Source of the DNA: Schizochytrium sp. TIO01
Lineage: Eukaryota; Protista; Bigyra: Labyrinthulomycetes
Direction: 5' to 3'
DNA: 64,000 nucleotides
Assembly: GCA_004764695.1 (NCBI GenBank)
Contig: SMSO01000004.1
Span: 372,001-436,000 of the forward strand
Part shown: piece by piece, positions 12,407-23,140 of the stretch
Position numbering within the stretch: position 1 is the stretch's first letter
Layout of the letters: the number at the start of each line of letters is the position of its first letter
Notes under the pieces: generated by a model
Told to the model about the DNA's origin: nothing
Seen by the model: the letters and a program-made list of their open reading frames with translations, nothing else
Databases searched by the model: none
Made by a program: the position numbers and the translations under genes

Positions 12407-14530
12407 TTAAACACGCTCAAGCTTTACTCCACGAAAAACTGCACGGTTTGCAGCAAGTTGCATACCAAGCTTGAACGCTGGTGGAAGGTAGTTTCCTTGT
12501 TGTGCATCCTGATATGCTACACGTAGCATTCGTGCCACATCTGCCTTCTTGAAGCCATAATGAGTTGTGTTCTCCTCGGGCTCAGCAGCATCCCCGCCAC
12601 GAGTTGTTCTCAGATGCTGATCAAATTTATCAAGCAAAGTATCCAACGTTGTACTCTTCAAGGGTTTTGTCGTGGCCAGATCACAGACGCCCCCAATTAA
12701 ATCATCAGACGAAGCTTCGATCAAAATTCCATCGTCCATATTCTGCCGAGGAACAGACCCAGCTGGCAATAAAGATACAAACAAAACAGCTCCGCGAGGT
12801 GTTGAAGCAGCAGTTCGTCGTGCTAGATCGGCGATTGTGCGTGCTTGCGAAGTTTCAATCTCAGCATCAATAAACACTAACCCATAAAATGTAATTGCAT
12901 TTGCACTTTTGATCGATGCTCTGTATTTAAGATGTGCGATGGCGTCTTTACAAGAAATGGCCAATTCAGACTCAATCTGTCGCCTCTTGAGCAACTTCTC
13001 CATCTGTAATTGTGCCTTGAAATCGCTAGGCTCGACAATAAGAACTCGCGGTGGACTTCGCTCCTTTACAATATTTACTGACCTTGAACCCATGATACTT
13101 GCTCGTACGAGGCGAGCACGATGAAATACCAGATATGCTGGCAATGTTTGAATACCGAAACGATTCGTCATATATCTTGAATGCGTCATCGCAAAGCTGT
13201 ACACCTTCGTTGGTGGTAGACCTAAAGCATCTTCAGTCTGGTTATTATTATTGGCCAAACCTTCACCTTGAAGATCAGATTCAATCATTTCAAATAGTTG
13301 TCGAGCACGTACGCAAAGTTGATCATCCTCGCGCAGACACACAACAACAACCAACTCATTCGGATGTGCATTAAGGGTTTGGTCTAGCGTTCCCGGTGTT
13401 ACACACGGGAGCTTACGCAAACTTTGCAGCTCCACGTGAACAGGGAGATCACGAGAATACCGCCCGGAAGCACTTCTCAACATAAAACTGCGACGTAAAA
13501 CTGGATTAGATTTTCTCAACTTTTCACGAATTTCTAGCTCTGTAGGCCATACATCGGGCAATGCACCTAGTGGAGACATTCGACCGTCGTTTGCCTCCGC
13601 AAATAGCCGGTCAGCTGGAACCACACCGCACAAATCAGCGTTTAGAGGAAGGTTTCCTATTTCATGACCAGTCTCAGAAATTCGTGGAACCTCAGACATC
13701 GTGCGCTCAAAGGCCTCTTGTTTCCAGATACCGTCTAAATGAGTTGTTGCGAAATTCCCATTTTCAATGCGCTCTTGGTAAGGGTCAAAGGCATTCTCGA
13801 GCTTCTCCATGACCTGACGAACCTCGCCAGAGTGCTGGATGTTGCGGCTTGCAGGTTTGTTCAAATTACGCAGACTTGCATACTCTTCCACGAGCTCGCG
13901 CTGGCGATCCTGCAGAGTCTTTGTTTTCATTCGGGGAATTAATTTGCCACGATGAGCCCCAGTCCGTACAATCTCGCAATTTGAAAGATAACTCTCTCGA
14001 CGCCGCAACTGTCGTCCGCATTGAAAAAGACGAGAAACACCTTCACACGAAAAACGCACCTCAATATCGTCCCGTCCGTTAAAAGTAAATACTAAGTGGT
14101 CGTTTAAGCAGATGCGAAGTGGGAGATCAGGGAGTGTGCCACATTGTTGGGCTTTACGGTCCCATTTCCATTCGCATAAGATTGAACCTTCCAAAGTTGA
14201 CAACAAACCCCCGTGTTTTGTCATGACAAGCCGAGAGCTGTCTGGGTCTCCACCATTATCCATTGCGCAACCGACTGCATTCTCGTCTAATGAGCAAATC
14301 AGAGTCCCACCTACATCTCGGTCATAGAAATAATAATTGTACTTTTCGCCGTTCCCTGTATTTGACTGCGCAACAACTACAGCAACTTTTCCATCCGGAT
14401 AATACACTTGGCCAGCTTGCCCATTGGTGAACAAAAATGCTTTCTTTCCATTATTGTACCGCTGCTCACGTAGCTTTAGATCCCCGGAAGCTGTGCTCGG
14501 GGCTCTCACAATGGACTCCTCGTTCGACAT
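12407..14530 (-). CDS. FAM194/ERICH6-like N-terminal domain + thioredoxin-like fold + response-regulator receiver-like domain, ~707 aa
   Basis: Long intronless ORF with ATG at 14530. The N-terminal YNNGKKAF..GQVYYPDGKVAVVV..EWKW..ICLNDHLVFTFNGRDDIEVRFSCEG pattern resembles FAM194. LVVVVC..C..RFGIQTLPAYLVFHRARLV is Trx-like. RVLIVE..GLVFID..TTKPL is REC-like. Confidence 0.7.
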   Translation of the reverse strand: MSNEESIVRAPSTASGDLKLREQRYNNGKKAFLFTNGQAGQVYYPDGKVAVVVAQSNTGNGEKYNYYFYDRDVGGTLICSLDENAVGCAMDNGGDPDSSRLVMTKHGGLLSTLEGSILCEWKWDRKAQQCGTLPDLPLRICLNDHLVFTFNGRDDIEVRFSCEGVSRLFQCGRQLRRRESYLSNCEIVRTGAHRGKLIPRMKTKTLQDRQRELVEEYASLRNLNKPASRNIQHSGEVRQVMEKLENAFDPYQERIENGNFATTHLDGIWKQEAFERTMSEVPRISETGHEIGNLPLNADLCGVVPADRLFAEANDGRMSPLGALPDVWPTELEIREKLRKSNPVLRRSFMLRSASGRYSRDLPVHVELQSLRKLPCVTPGTLDQTLNAHPNELVVVVCLREDDQLCVRARQLFEMIESDLQGEGLANNNNQTEDALGLPPTKVYSFAMTHSRYMTNRFGIQTLPAYLVFHRARLVRASIMGSRSVNIVKERSPPRVLIVEPSDFKAQLQMEKLLKRRQIESELAISCKDAIAHLKYRASIKSANAITFYGLVFIDAEIETSQARTIADLARRTAASTPRGAVLFVSLLPAGSVPRQNMDDGILIEASSDDLIGGVCDLATTKPLKSTTLDTLLDKFDQHLRTTRGGDAAEPEENTTHYGFKKADVARMLRVAYQDAQQGNYLPPAFKLGMQLAANRAVFRGVKLERV

Positions 14531-15138
14531 CGTCAAACAATCATGCACTACACAGCCTAAGGCGGAAAAACTTTTTTACCACTAAGACAGACCTCCTACT
14601 AAAGCCAAATTCACAGATTGATGTCTTTCCGAATTCCACTAGCGTTGGCCTTTTGATTACCGCGCCGTTTTCATATGTCAGGGCAAAGTCTCTTCCCCCA
14701 AAGAAGCCTTGCGATTGGTTCAAGCACCAGCAAGTACCTCCAGCCTGCTGTGCAACCAAGTTACTGTCAGTATCCAATAGAAGATCAGCTGTACTGATTC
14801 TTTCTTGAATCTGTCTCAGCACGTTGGCCACGAACGTTTATCTATCGCTGTGTCTCCAAATCTCACCAAAAACTTGCCTTTGATTATCATTCGTCCATCT
14901 CCCTCTTCGTACTGATGAACGGATATATTTTTTGCCTCCTCTCTTTTCTCTTTTTAATTGTGACCTCCTCCGTGTGTCATGCAGACGCTCAGTCTTTCCT
15001 GCTTTTCTTTTCTTGTTTATTCTTAGGTCGGGAGTACATCAATTACATGAATCAATCACTAATCGATTGATTGAGCTCTGATCGGGCTCGATCCCACTTC
15101 TTCCTAAGTTTCTGCGGCTCCTTTGGCCGAGTAGCAGG

Positions 15139-15726
15139 ATGGACGCAGCCACCAGGCGAGCACTTGCACGCGCCATGCCGCTGTGCTTCGTTGTTGGAGC
15201 CGGCATGGAGCTCTTTATGATCAAGGTGCCCATCGGAGGCCAGACGTTCTGTAAGTGAATGAGAGCCTTCTTCTTAAAAGCAGGGGCTGTGGAAAGTTTG
15301 GACTATGATCGCTGGGTTATTGTGGCACAAAGTCTCAGAGTTTGGTTCTGATAACCTACAAACTCGATTATTTTGAAGGGGATAGCTTTGGGTAACTGAC
15401 AGGACTATTTTTATTTGTATTTTGCTGGAATTTCATGGGTGGGCGTCAATATCTGATAATGTCTCGGGGCTGGTCTAATATGAATTGCCTGAATCTTTCC
15501 AACTCTTGGAATAACTCAACTTGTGGAATATTACGATGCCTGTTTTAACGGATTTGCACCTTCAGATGATGTGGCTCGGCGGAAATCTGCAGAACGTCTT
15601 GAAGAAGAGCTTGCCAATGAGGCTCGCGCACGAGCTGAGCGCGAGGCTCGTCGCAAGCGTCTCGAAGCCAAGTATAACATGGACTTGGGCAACGACATCT
15701 CGGATGAAGCTTCTCCCGCTCAATAG
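15139..15726 (+). CDS. SMIM4: SMIM4/UQCC5 (UPF0640) small mitochondrial membrane protein, 90 aa; exons 15139-15250 and 15566-15726
   Basis: Splicing a GTAAGT...TTCAG intron (15251-15565) gives MDAATRRALARAMPLCFVVGAGMELFMIKVPIGGQTFYDVARRKSAERLEEE..., matching the P.FF..G..ME..MIKV..G..TFYDV.RRK..ER family pattern. The phase-1 junction T|AT restores the conserved Tyr. Confidence 0.9.
15251..15565 (+). other. GT-AG spliceosomal intron (315 nt)
   Basis: Donor GTAAGT and acceptor CCTTCAG. Removing it restores a conserved reading frame. Confidence 0.88.
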
Positions 15727-16499
15727 AGGTCTCGTCTTGAAAGCTGTGAGAACAATATTTTTGCTTCTCTCTCTCGGGTCTACGATTTGCGAGGCCGCAA
15801 CGTAAAGATGTGCCTCGGCTGTTCAGCACCAAGAGAAACTCAGACACGCGACCATGTTATCATCAAAACGATTAAAATAAACCAAAAAAAAGTTGACAAT
15901 AATAGGAATGTTTCGCATGATGTATGAATTTGACAATTGCTAATTTTGCCTTCTTAGTGATTGAATTTCTTGCAGCTGAAATGAGTTGTTTATCAGCTCT
16001 TCACAAGAGCAAAGTAGTTGCAGTCATACTTATGCTGGAAGTCTATATGCCAAGTAAAGCAATTAATTTGAGTCGAAAATATTCTACCACGGTAATTATA
16101 AAATATACGTGAAATTGTTTCTTTCAGAATTCTGGAATGGTGATAAATGAGTCTTGTGTTACATCTCTTTTCATGTTTTCCTTTACTTTCAAATATAGTT
16201 GAACTCTCATCACTTCAGAAAAATCAAGGATTATATTTGGAAGATAAGGCAACTATTTGTACTTCTAATTGAAAGCAGGAAATGTATTTTAGATGCATAA
16301 AGGGGATCCAATGAAAACAATATATGTAAACTGGCGCAGACCCATTGCGCGCAAATAGAGAAAACCCTTTCTGGACCTCACTATCTAGACTATTGATATC
16401 AAAAACATAATACAAATAAGAAAGTATCCCTCGCGTATTATGGGGAAGGATGAACGGCAGAAGCGAGGCAATCTTGGTGTGAAAAGCAACTCGCCCGAG

Positions 16500-17606
16500 T
16501 TAGATCGCTTCGTCCTCTAGCAGATGGGTGCTCTCCTTGAATACATGAGCTAATGAAAGACCCATGGGAGGTTGAGGCAACGATGAAACGCGCACCCGCA
16601 CAGCAGACTTGCCGAACAGCTGAACCTCATCGGGGACTGTGTCTAGTAGTGTCTTGTACATAACACGTATGCGCGCCTGTTTCAATGCCACACCTGCAAA
16701 TGTGATGACATCGTAAGCACCTCCAGTATTCGCCTCAAGGTCGCCTTCCTCATGAGCATTAACGATAGCTCTTGTCTGCTCGCGCCTTGTAACAAACGCA
16801 TTTGCATACGCCTGGACCCTTCGAACAAACTCTGCAAACTCAAACTCTACATAAAGATCTTCCACAGGAATAAAATGCGGAAGCGTATGTCTTTGCAGCT
16901 CCATCTCGCTCTTCCCTGCTCTGCGGTAAGTTTTAAAGATCATATAATACCTTTCATGATACCGTCCTTCATGTGAGGCGTCAATTCTCAGACCCATCAT
17001 ACGGTCTGCAGGCCGTGTTGCCTGAGTGCGGAACATTGAAATGCCTGCCAGTCTGTATGCCAGTTGCACGTCGGCAAGTGCTCGGAGCGAGACGGTTTCG
17101 CGTGTGCCAGCAACCTCGAGACCCAATGTTGCGCTGCTTCTAAGGCTCCCAGGCTCTGCTTTGTCCTCATCATCCACAGCGAGATTGGCCCTACTCTTTA
17201 AATTATCTTGACGGTTTCCAGTCTCTGCTTCGTTTTCATCTTCTAGAGCACGTTTTCGAGAGCGCTCGCGAATAAGGTCTGCAACTGTAGCAATCACAAC
17301 ATCGCCGTTCTCAAGATCATCGGCTGCAGCGGCACTCAAGGCTTTTCTATGGTTCTTGCGAGCTGCAAGAGGAACTTCATCACTGGCAGCATCAGCAATT
17401 AGCTCTCTCTCACGTTTTCGCCTAAGCGAGGCGCGGAGACGACGGTCACGAGCGCCAAGATCAGCCAGGAGCTCGCGAAGAGCTGCCGATCGCTCTGATT
17501 TCTGCCGGGACGTCTCCTGCCGCGACAGAAGCTCTTGAGACTGCGCACGAAGCGCCTCAAGTTGTCGAACAAGGCCTTGTCCGAGTCCTCCGCCCAGCGC
17601 AGACAT
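16500..17606 (-). CDS. CENPO: Centromere protein O (CENP-O/Mcm21), ~368 aa
   Basis: N-terminal coiled coil, then LAYRLAGISMF, GLRIDASHEGRYHERYYMIF, LQRHTLPHFIPVEDL and NAFVTRREQ, which are CENP-O RWD-region motifs. Start placed at MSALGG (17606); the upstream part of the track ORF looks like UTR. Confidence 0.85.
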   Translation of the reverse strand: MSALGGGLGQGLVRQLEALRAQSQELLSRQETSRQKSERSAALRELLADLGARDRRLRASLRRKRERELIADAASDEVPLAARKNHRKALSAAAADDLENGDVVIATVADLIRERSRKRALEDENEAETGNRQDNLKSRANLAVDDEDKAEPGSLRSSATLGLEVAGTRETVSLRALADVQLAYRLAGISMFRTQATRPADRMMGLRIDASHEGRYHERYYMIFKTYRRAGKSEMELQRHTLPHFIPVEDLYVEFEFAEFVRRVQAYANAFVTRREQTRAIVNAHEEGDLEANTGGAYDVITFAGVALKQARIRVMYKTLLDTVPDEVQLFGKSAVRVRVSSLPQPPMGLSLAHVFKESTHLLEDEAI

Positions 17607-18488
17607 CGCCCAGATCGAGCTTTGCCTGCCTTGATATTGGAGATAGGGTTGGTTTGGTTTTTTCTTCAATTTGAGTTTTTTCCAAACCTTGAGAAAAGAA
17701 AGCCAAAAAGAACACAAAGAACAATCCGAAAAGAACGCTAAAGAGAGTCTAACGACCGTAGCAAAACAAATCGTTGAAATTAGGAGTGATGAGGCATTTT
17801 GTGATTCTGCGGTGAGATTTGTGAATTGCAAGGGCTTGAGATCAGATGTTGAGTGCATCACTCACACATAATCGTGTGGTGATGAGAGCGGTGTGTATTA
17901 GAGCGGCAGTCACCTGTTTGAAGACTGATGATTATATGCTGCAATACTTAGTTTTAGAAATGATGCTGATTAGTAACACAGGTAGCTGTTGACTGAATCG
18001 AGTTTTGCGACTTCGTTTCTCTTATACATTTTCTTTTATAAGTCCTTGAAAAAACCATGTTTCCGCGAATCAAAATTGGTTATCATGAAGACCAAAGATC
18101 ATCTAGAACCACTTAATCGCTTGAGCTCCATGATTGTTTTAAATTGTAGGCATAGCTGGAATGCGCATCATCCACTCACAAGGCCTATAATTGCAGTTGA
18201 GCTCAGCAGCCAACCGCGGGGATCTCTTACTTGCCTCCCGCAAAGTAGAATGTCCTTGCGGGCACAACCAACTTTTAGTCGATAACGTTTTATGAGAAGG
18301 TATATATATTTATTTTTTTTAAATTTTAATTAAACCAGAAAAAGGTTTTGTGAAGAAAGATACCTTTTGAGGCAAAGGCCGTCACAGAATAAGGTTGTCG
18401 TTCGATTCTTTCGATCGAGCAGCAGTGCGTATACACCTGGTGTTGGAGGAAGTCTTGTGGAGCTTCAGGTTGCTAAAATCGCTTAAGG

Positions 18489-19386
18489 ATGACTGACCTG
18501 AGCCGCCGTGTGCCTCGAGGATTTCGTCAGCGGGTGGTGCAGGAGCTGCAGAAGTTCTTTCCGCTTTCGCTCGCGGAGAGCTGGGATAACACGGGCCTCC
18601 TTGTGGACCCCGGCAATGACGGTGAGGCAGAAGAGGCTGTTGGTGTCCTGCTTACCAAATGATCTGACGGAGCAAGTCCTGGAAGAGGCCGTGAGTCTCG
18701 GAGTTGGTACGATTGTGACTTACCACCCGATGCCATTTCAAGGTCAAAAACGACTCACTCAAAAAGACGCTACGCAGCGCATTGTCACGAAATGTATTCG
18801 CAACGATATCTGGGTCTACAGCCCACATACGGCCTGTGATAACTCAATGCACGGTGTGAACGACTGGCTTGCTAGCATGTTCGGAGACGACGCCAAGGTT
18901 GAGCCCATTGTACCCATCGAAGGCGAAGGTATCCCTGCTGGGAGCGGTCGAGGTCGCCGTGTGGAACTCCGTGAAGCACGTAACCTTGGAGAGGTTATCC
19001 AAGATATTAAGAAGATTGCACAAGTACCTCACGCACGGTTTGCTCCTGCTAATAAGTTCCTCGAAGCAACAGTACGTCGCGATGCCACTTCTGTAGCAGA
19101 AATTCTCAAGACTGCCCAGGTCAAGTCAGCTGTTGTACAGGCAGGCTCAGGCGCCTCAGTCCTGTCTTCAGCGGTAGATGTTGACCTTTGGGTGAGCGGC
19201 GAGATGTCTCATCACGAGGTCCTTGCTGCGAATGCACAGGGCGTCTCCGTGGTACTTCTGGAGCACTCCAACAGCGAGCGGGCTTACCTTCATCACCTTG
19301 CTAAACGCCTCTCAGAAATCTCTTTCATCCCAGCGGGTGCAGTTCAGGTGTCAACCCTTGACGCAGATCCTCTCCACGTGGTATAA
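18489..19386 (+). CDS. NIF3: NIF3/DUF34-family protein (NIF3L1-like), with a one-base frameshift near 18657-18660
   Basis: The frame from ATG 18489 gives FPLSLAESWDNTGLLVDP...VLLT and then AAA TGA. The +1 frame continues DLTEQVLEEA, IVTYHPMPF, YSPHTACD, GVNDWLA, GSGASVL, GEMSHHEVL and EHSNSER, all NIF3 motifs. Confidence 0.9.
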
Positions 19387-20111
19387 ATTCTATTCAAAAA
19401 ATATTAAGCAACACATACAATTCAAACATTTACTATATACATCTCTATAATGTGAATTCACAAATCGCTTTGCTTAGATCTTGGTGCAACTTCTTTTAAA
19501 AGACTACTTCAGCCTTTAGCTGCTTGACACGAAGGATACGCATTTATACTTGCAAGACAGCGAATACTTTGGTATTTATGACTTGAGTATTAAAAGGCAA
19601 CGTATGACAAAGACATCAGTGATAGTTTCTTTAAAGTGGAGTCGCGTGGTTTCCATGCTGTAATGGAAAAGAGTCCTTTCAAAAACCATCAAGACCATTG
19701 ATGTTCTGTTGCTCCGGATACTCGTCAAGCGTAAGAGAGGCGCTACAAATACCAGGTTGGTTACAATTCACGGGAATAATGGATATCTGAAGTAAGAATA
19801 GTATATTTCTGGATGTAATGGAAAATGAAAGGGTAAAAGCAAAGAAACAAATGACAAAGTCGAAGAAAGAGTATCGAGCTTGTGGAATGAGAAAAAAAAG
19901 TGGTACAGTTCACACAACTTCTTTAGTAAATTGGCATAGATGTGTAAAGTAGCACATAGTGTTGTGGTAGGTTGGGATAAAATTACCCAGAATATTCGAG
20001 TGTACGTCTCGGGCTGATAACCAATCGGTTTTGTTTTTGTTATAGGTTTTGAGTCTGCGCACGGACACGTGTGATAAATTTTGTCGGACACGGCTAGCAA
20101 CAAAAGTACAT

Positions 20112-20174
20112 TTAATAGTAACCACCAAAGCCACCACCAGGGTGGCCACGGAAACCACCGCCGCCCATGCCACC

Positions 20175-20205
<31 letters not shown>

Positions 20206-21796
20206 CGCCACCCATGCCGCCGCCAAAGAACATCTGGAATATTTCATTCGGGTCATGTCCTCCTCCCATAGGTCCGCCCTGTTCAATCTCTTCGAGGGAC
20301 ATACCCTGGTCATACTTGTATTTTTTGTCTGAGTCGGAGAGCACCTCGTATGCCTCACCAACATCCTTAAAGTTATCCTCGGCAGCCTTCTGCTCTTCTT
20401 CAGTCTTACCGGCGTGACGATCAGGGTGCCATTTCAGGGCAGCCTTCTTGTAAGCCTTTTTGATTTCGGCCTCAGTGCTATTCTCTTTGTTGGGGAGTTC
20501 CAAGATTTTGTAGTAGTCTTTGCGAGCTGCCTTCTTCAGCTCGATCTTCGTGTCGCGAATGTTCTTCTGGATCTCATTAGAGCGTCCCATGATGCGTTCT
20601 GCCTGGTCGTAACAGTTGAGTGCTTGCTGAATATTGGCCTTGCCTCCGATCCCACGGAGACATGCAGCACGCCTCATGTAGGCCTTTCCGTAGTCCGGGT
20701 TGAGCTCAATGGCCTTGTCGCAATCCTTCACGGCCTCTTCGAACTTACCCTGCTTCTGCAGAGAGGCAGCCCTGTTAGCATGGAGCTTGGAGTTGAACGC
20801 CTTATTGTCTGGGTCCACCTCAAGGCACTGTGAATACGCCTCAATGGCCTCCTGGTTTCTACCGGCCTTAAAGTGCGCGTTACCGGCCTCCTTAAGGCGC
20901 TCCAACTTGCGAATCTTCTTAATCATCTGTTGGGACTCTTTGTGGTCAGGGTCAAGCTGAAGCGCCTGCTGGAGGTGACGGATAGCATTAGGGAAGTTCT
21001 CCTGAAAGTACAGGCACTGAGCACGGCACATGAGCAGTTCCGAGTCATTCTGGCTCTCGCGCATAAGCTTGGTCGTCAGCGAGTAAGCCTGATCAAAATC
21101 GCCAGCGGCTACAAGTCCCTTAACGCGGATAAGGCCAAGCTCCCGGGATTCAGGGGCCTGCCTTGTGGCAGCTTGTGCGAGTTGCAGAGCTCTTTGGAAT
21201 TGACCTTGACGGATGGCCTCACGAGCAGCCTCGAGTCTCTGGCGAAGCAAGTCTGCCTCCTGGCGCTCCTGAATAGCAGCACTGTTTGTTGGGTCTTTCT
21301 CGAGAGCAGTGCGGATAACCTCGAGCGCCTCTTCGGCCTTGCCGCATTTGATGTATGCCTTTCCAAGACGAATCATGGCCTTGGTATTCTCGGGGTCCAG
21401 CTCAAGGCACTTGCGAAGACTTGCGATCGCCTTGGAGTGTTGCTGCAGCATGATCTCCGCAGCGGCACGGTTGTTGTAGTACGCCGAGTTTTCAGGGTCG
21501 AGCTCAATCGCTGACTCGTAAAGTCGCACCGCGCCATAGTAGTCCTTTTCGCGGTACTTGTCATTACCTTGCTCCTTGAGCTCAGCGGCGCGAGCGGCCT
21601 GCTCCTCCTTCTCCTTCGCCAGCTCCTCATCGCTCTTTACGGCTTCGGTGGCGCTGGCATCGGTTCCATCAGAGGTGTTACCAGCATTTTCATTTTGGTT
21701 CACCTCCTTGTTCTCGCTGTCCTTTTTGCCGTTCTCCTCTACAACAACGTTAGCGGCGTCTACGGCCTCCTGGGTGTTCTCTGACGGGACCTCCAT
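20112..21796 (-). CDS. DNAJC7: DNAJC7/TPR2-like co-chaperone (TPR repeats + C-terminal J domain); apparent 1-nt deletion near 20206 in the GGM tail
   Basis: TPR units (LKEQGNDKY, LKEAGNAHFKAG, LHANRAA) followed by RKDYYKIL..IKKAYKKAALKWHPD..FKDVGEAYEVLSD. Correcting the frame gives the tail (GGM)nGGGGFRGHPGGGFGGYY* with TAA at 20114-20112. Confidence 0.93.
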
Positions 21797-23140
21797 GGTT
21801 TCGGACTTTCCTTCGTATTCTCTGTGCTCTCGTTTGCGTGGCTGCTGGTCTTCCTGATTGTTATCCTCTGGATTCGTTTCGCTATCGTTTCCAGTGCTCT
21901 TATTGTCGTTCTTCAGCTGGGCGTTGCCGTCAGTGGCGATGGGCTCGCGACGCCGTTTGGATGGGCCGGTGCCAAGCTCCGCGGGGCTAACCGGCAGGCC
22001 TCCGGACCTCGCAGTACCGCTGTTGGCCTCAATGGTGGTTCAGGACCCTCCCGGGCCGCGCTCTACTAGCCTTTAGCGAGCTCGCAGCAATCGTGGATTG
22101 CTGCTTTCGCCGCTGCCGCCAACCCCAATGCCGTCATCCTTCCCGAAAAACAGCGTCTCCTCGCCGCAGGAAGTAGCGCATTTAATCCCTACAAGTGAAC
22201 TATACGCTAAATACTCCATAGTAACTCCCCAAATACTATAGATTATGCAAGTTGCTTACAATGAAGTATTTTTTGCCATTGACGCTACGAACCACCCTAT
22301 TGTTACCCCTACAACCTGCTCTATTCGCCTGATTAAGATAAGCTACTGGGTTTATACAAATTGCTATAGTGGTATAGGAGGGCACTATGAAAACGATTAT
22401 GTTGTATTCATATGTTCTTGTTAAAAAGCGTTCTCAGATTGAGAAAGCTGCCGTTAAGCGCTCTCGAAGAATATCTTGTGGCTAGTACAAGAAGATCGTA
22501 CCAGAAGGAGGCTGGTAAGACTTTTGTGAACTTTGATAGGTGGGCTGAGCTTTGGAGGCTGAGTATGAGCTATTCGATCACGAATTTAAAGGCGCGTTTA
22601 GCATGGCTATGAATGCAAGTTACGAATAGAGGTCACGCGTGACTTTCATGGGCGGAGGTAATACTATGAAGATGGAGTGGATTTGTAGGAAATAGAAGGT
22701 AGATTGTGTGCGAAACGAGGTTGACTCAAGGTTTATACAAAACGGTAAAGGTAATATTTGTAGCCTTTGAACTCTGGGCACGGAAAATTACTTCGTTGAA
22801 TGCTCCTCAAATTTAAGGAGAATAGGATTCTTCTGCTAGGTGCAATGTACGCATATTAAAAAACCAGCCAAGCTAGTGCATAAATATCGTATAAGTAGGC
22901 TCGGTGGCAATGGCAATAGCAAGTAGCAAGTAGACTATCAGCAAAAAGGTAAGCGAACAAACAAATGCCGTGAGTTCTGTTATTATTAAGTTCCGTGCAG
23001 GGGTTGTTATTTATAAGCTAAAAGTTGCAGGCGTCTAAAAGTATATACTACGGGGGTTTTACAGGGGGGTCCACTCAACTAACGAGGGACTAGAACCTGG
23101 TGATAGATAGTCACGCTTACAACAAACAATAACCAAATGT

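Noticed and set aside
14541-14831. 96-aa ORF overlapping the start of the FAM194-REC gene, as a possible frameshifted N-terminus
   Set aside because: GTG start, no recognisable motif, and the main ORF has a plausible ATG just before the FAM194 domain. Not fully excluded.
19910-20205. Track C-terminal extension of DNAJC7, and the 198-aa ORF at 19768-20364
   Set aside because: Off-frame readings around the 1-nt deletion and the 3' UTR.
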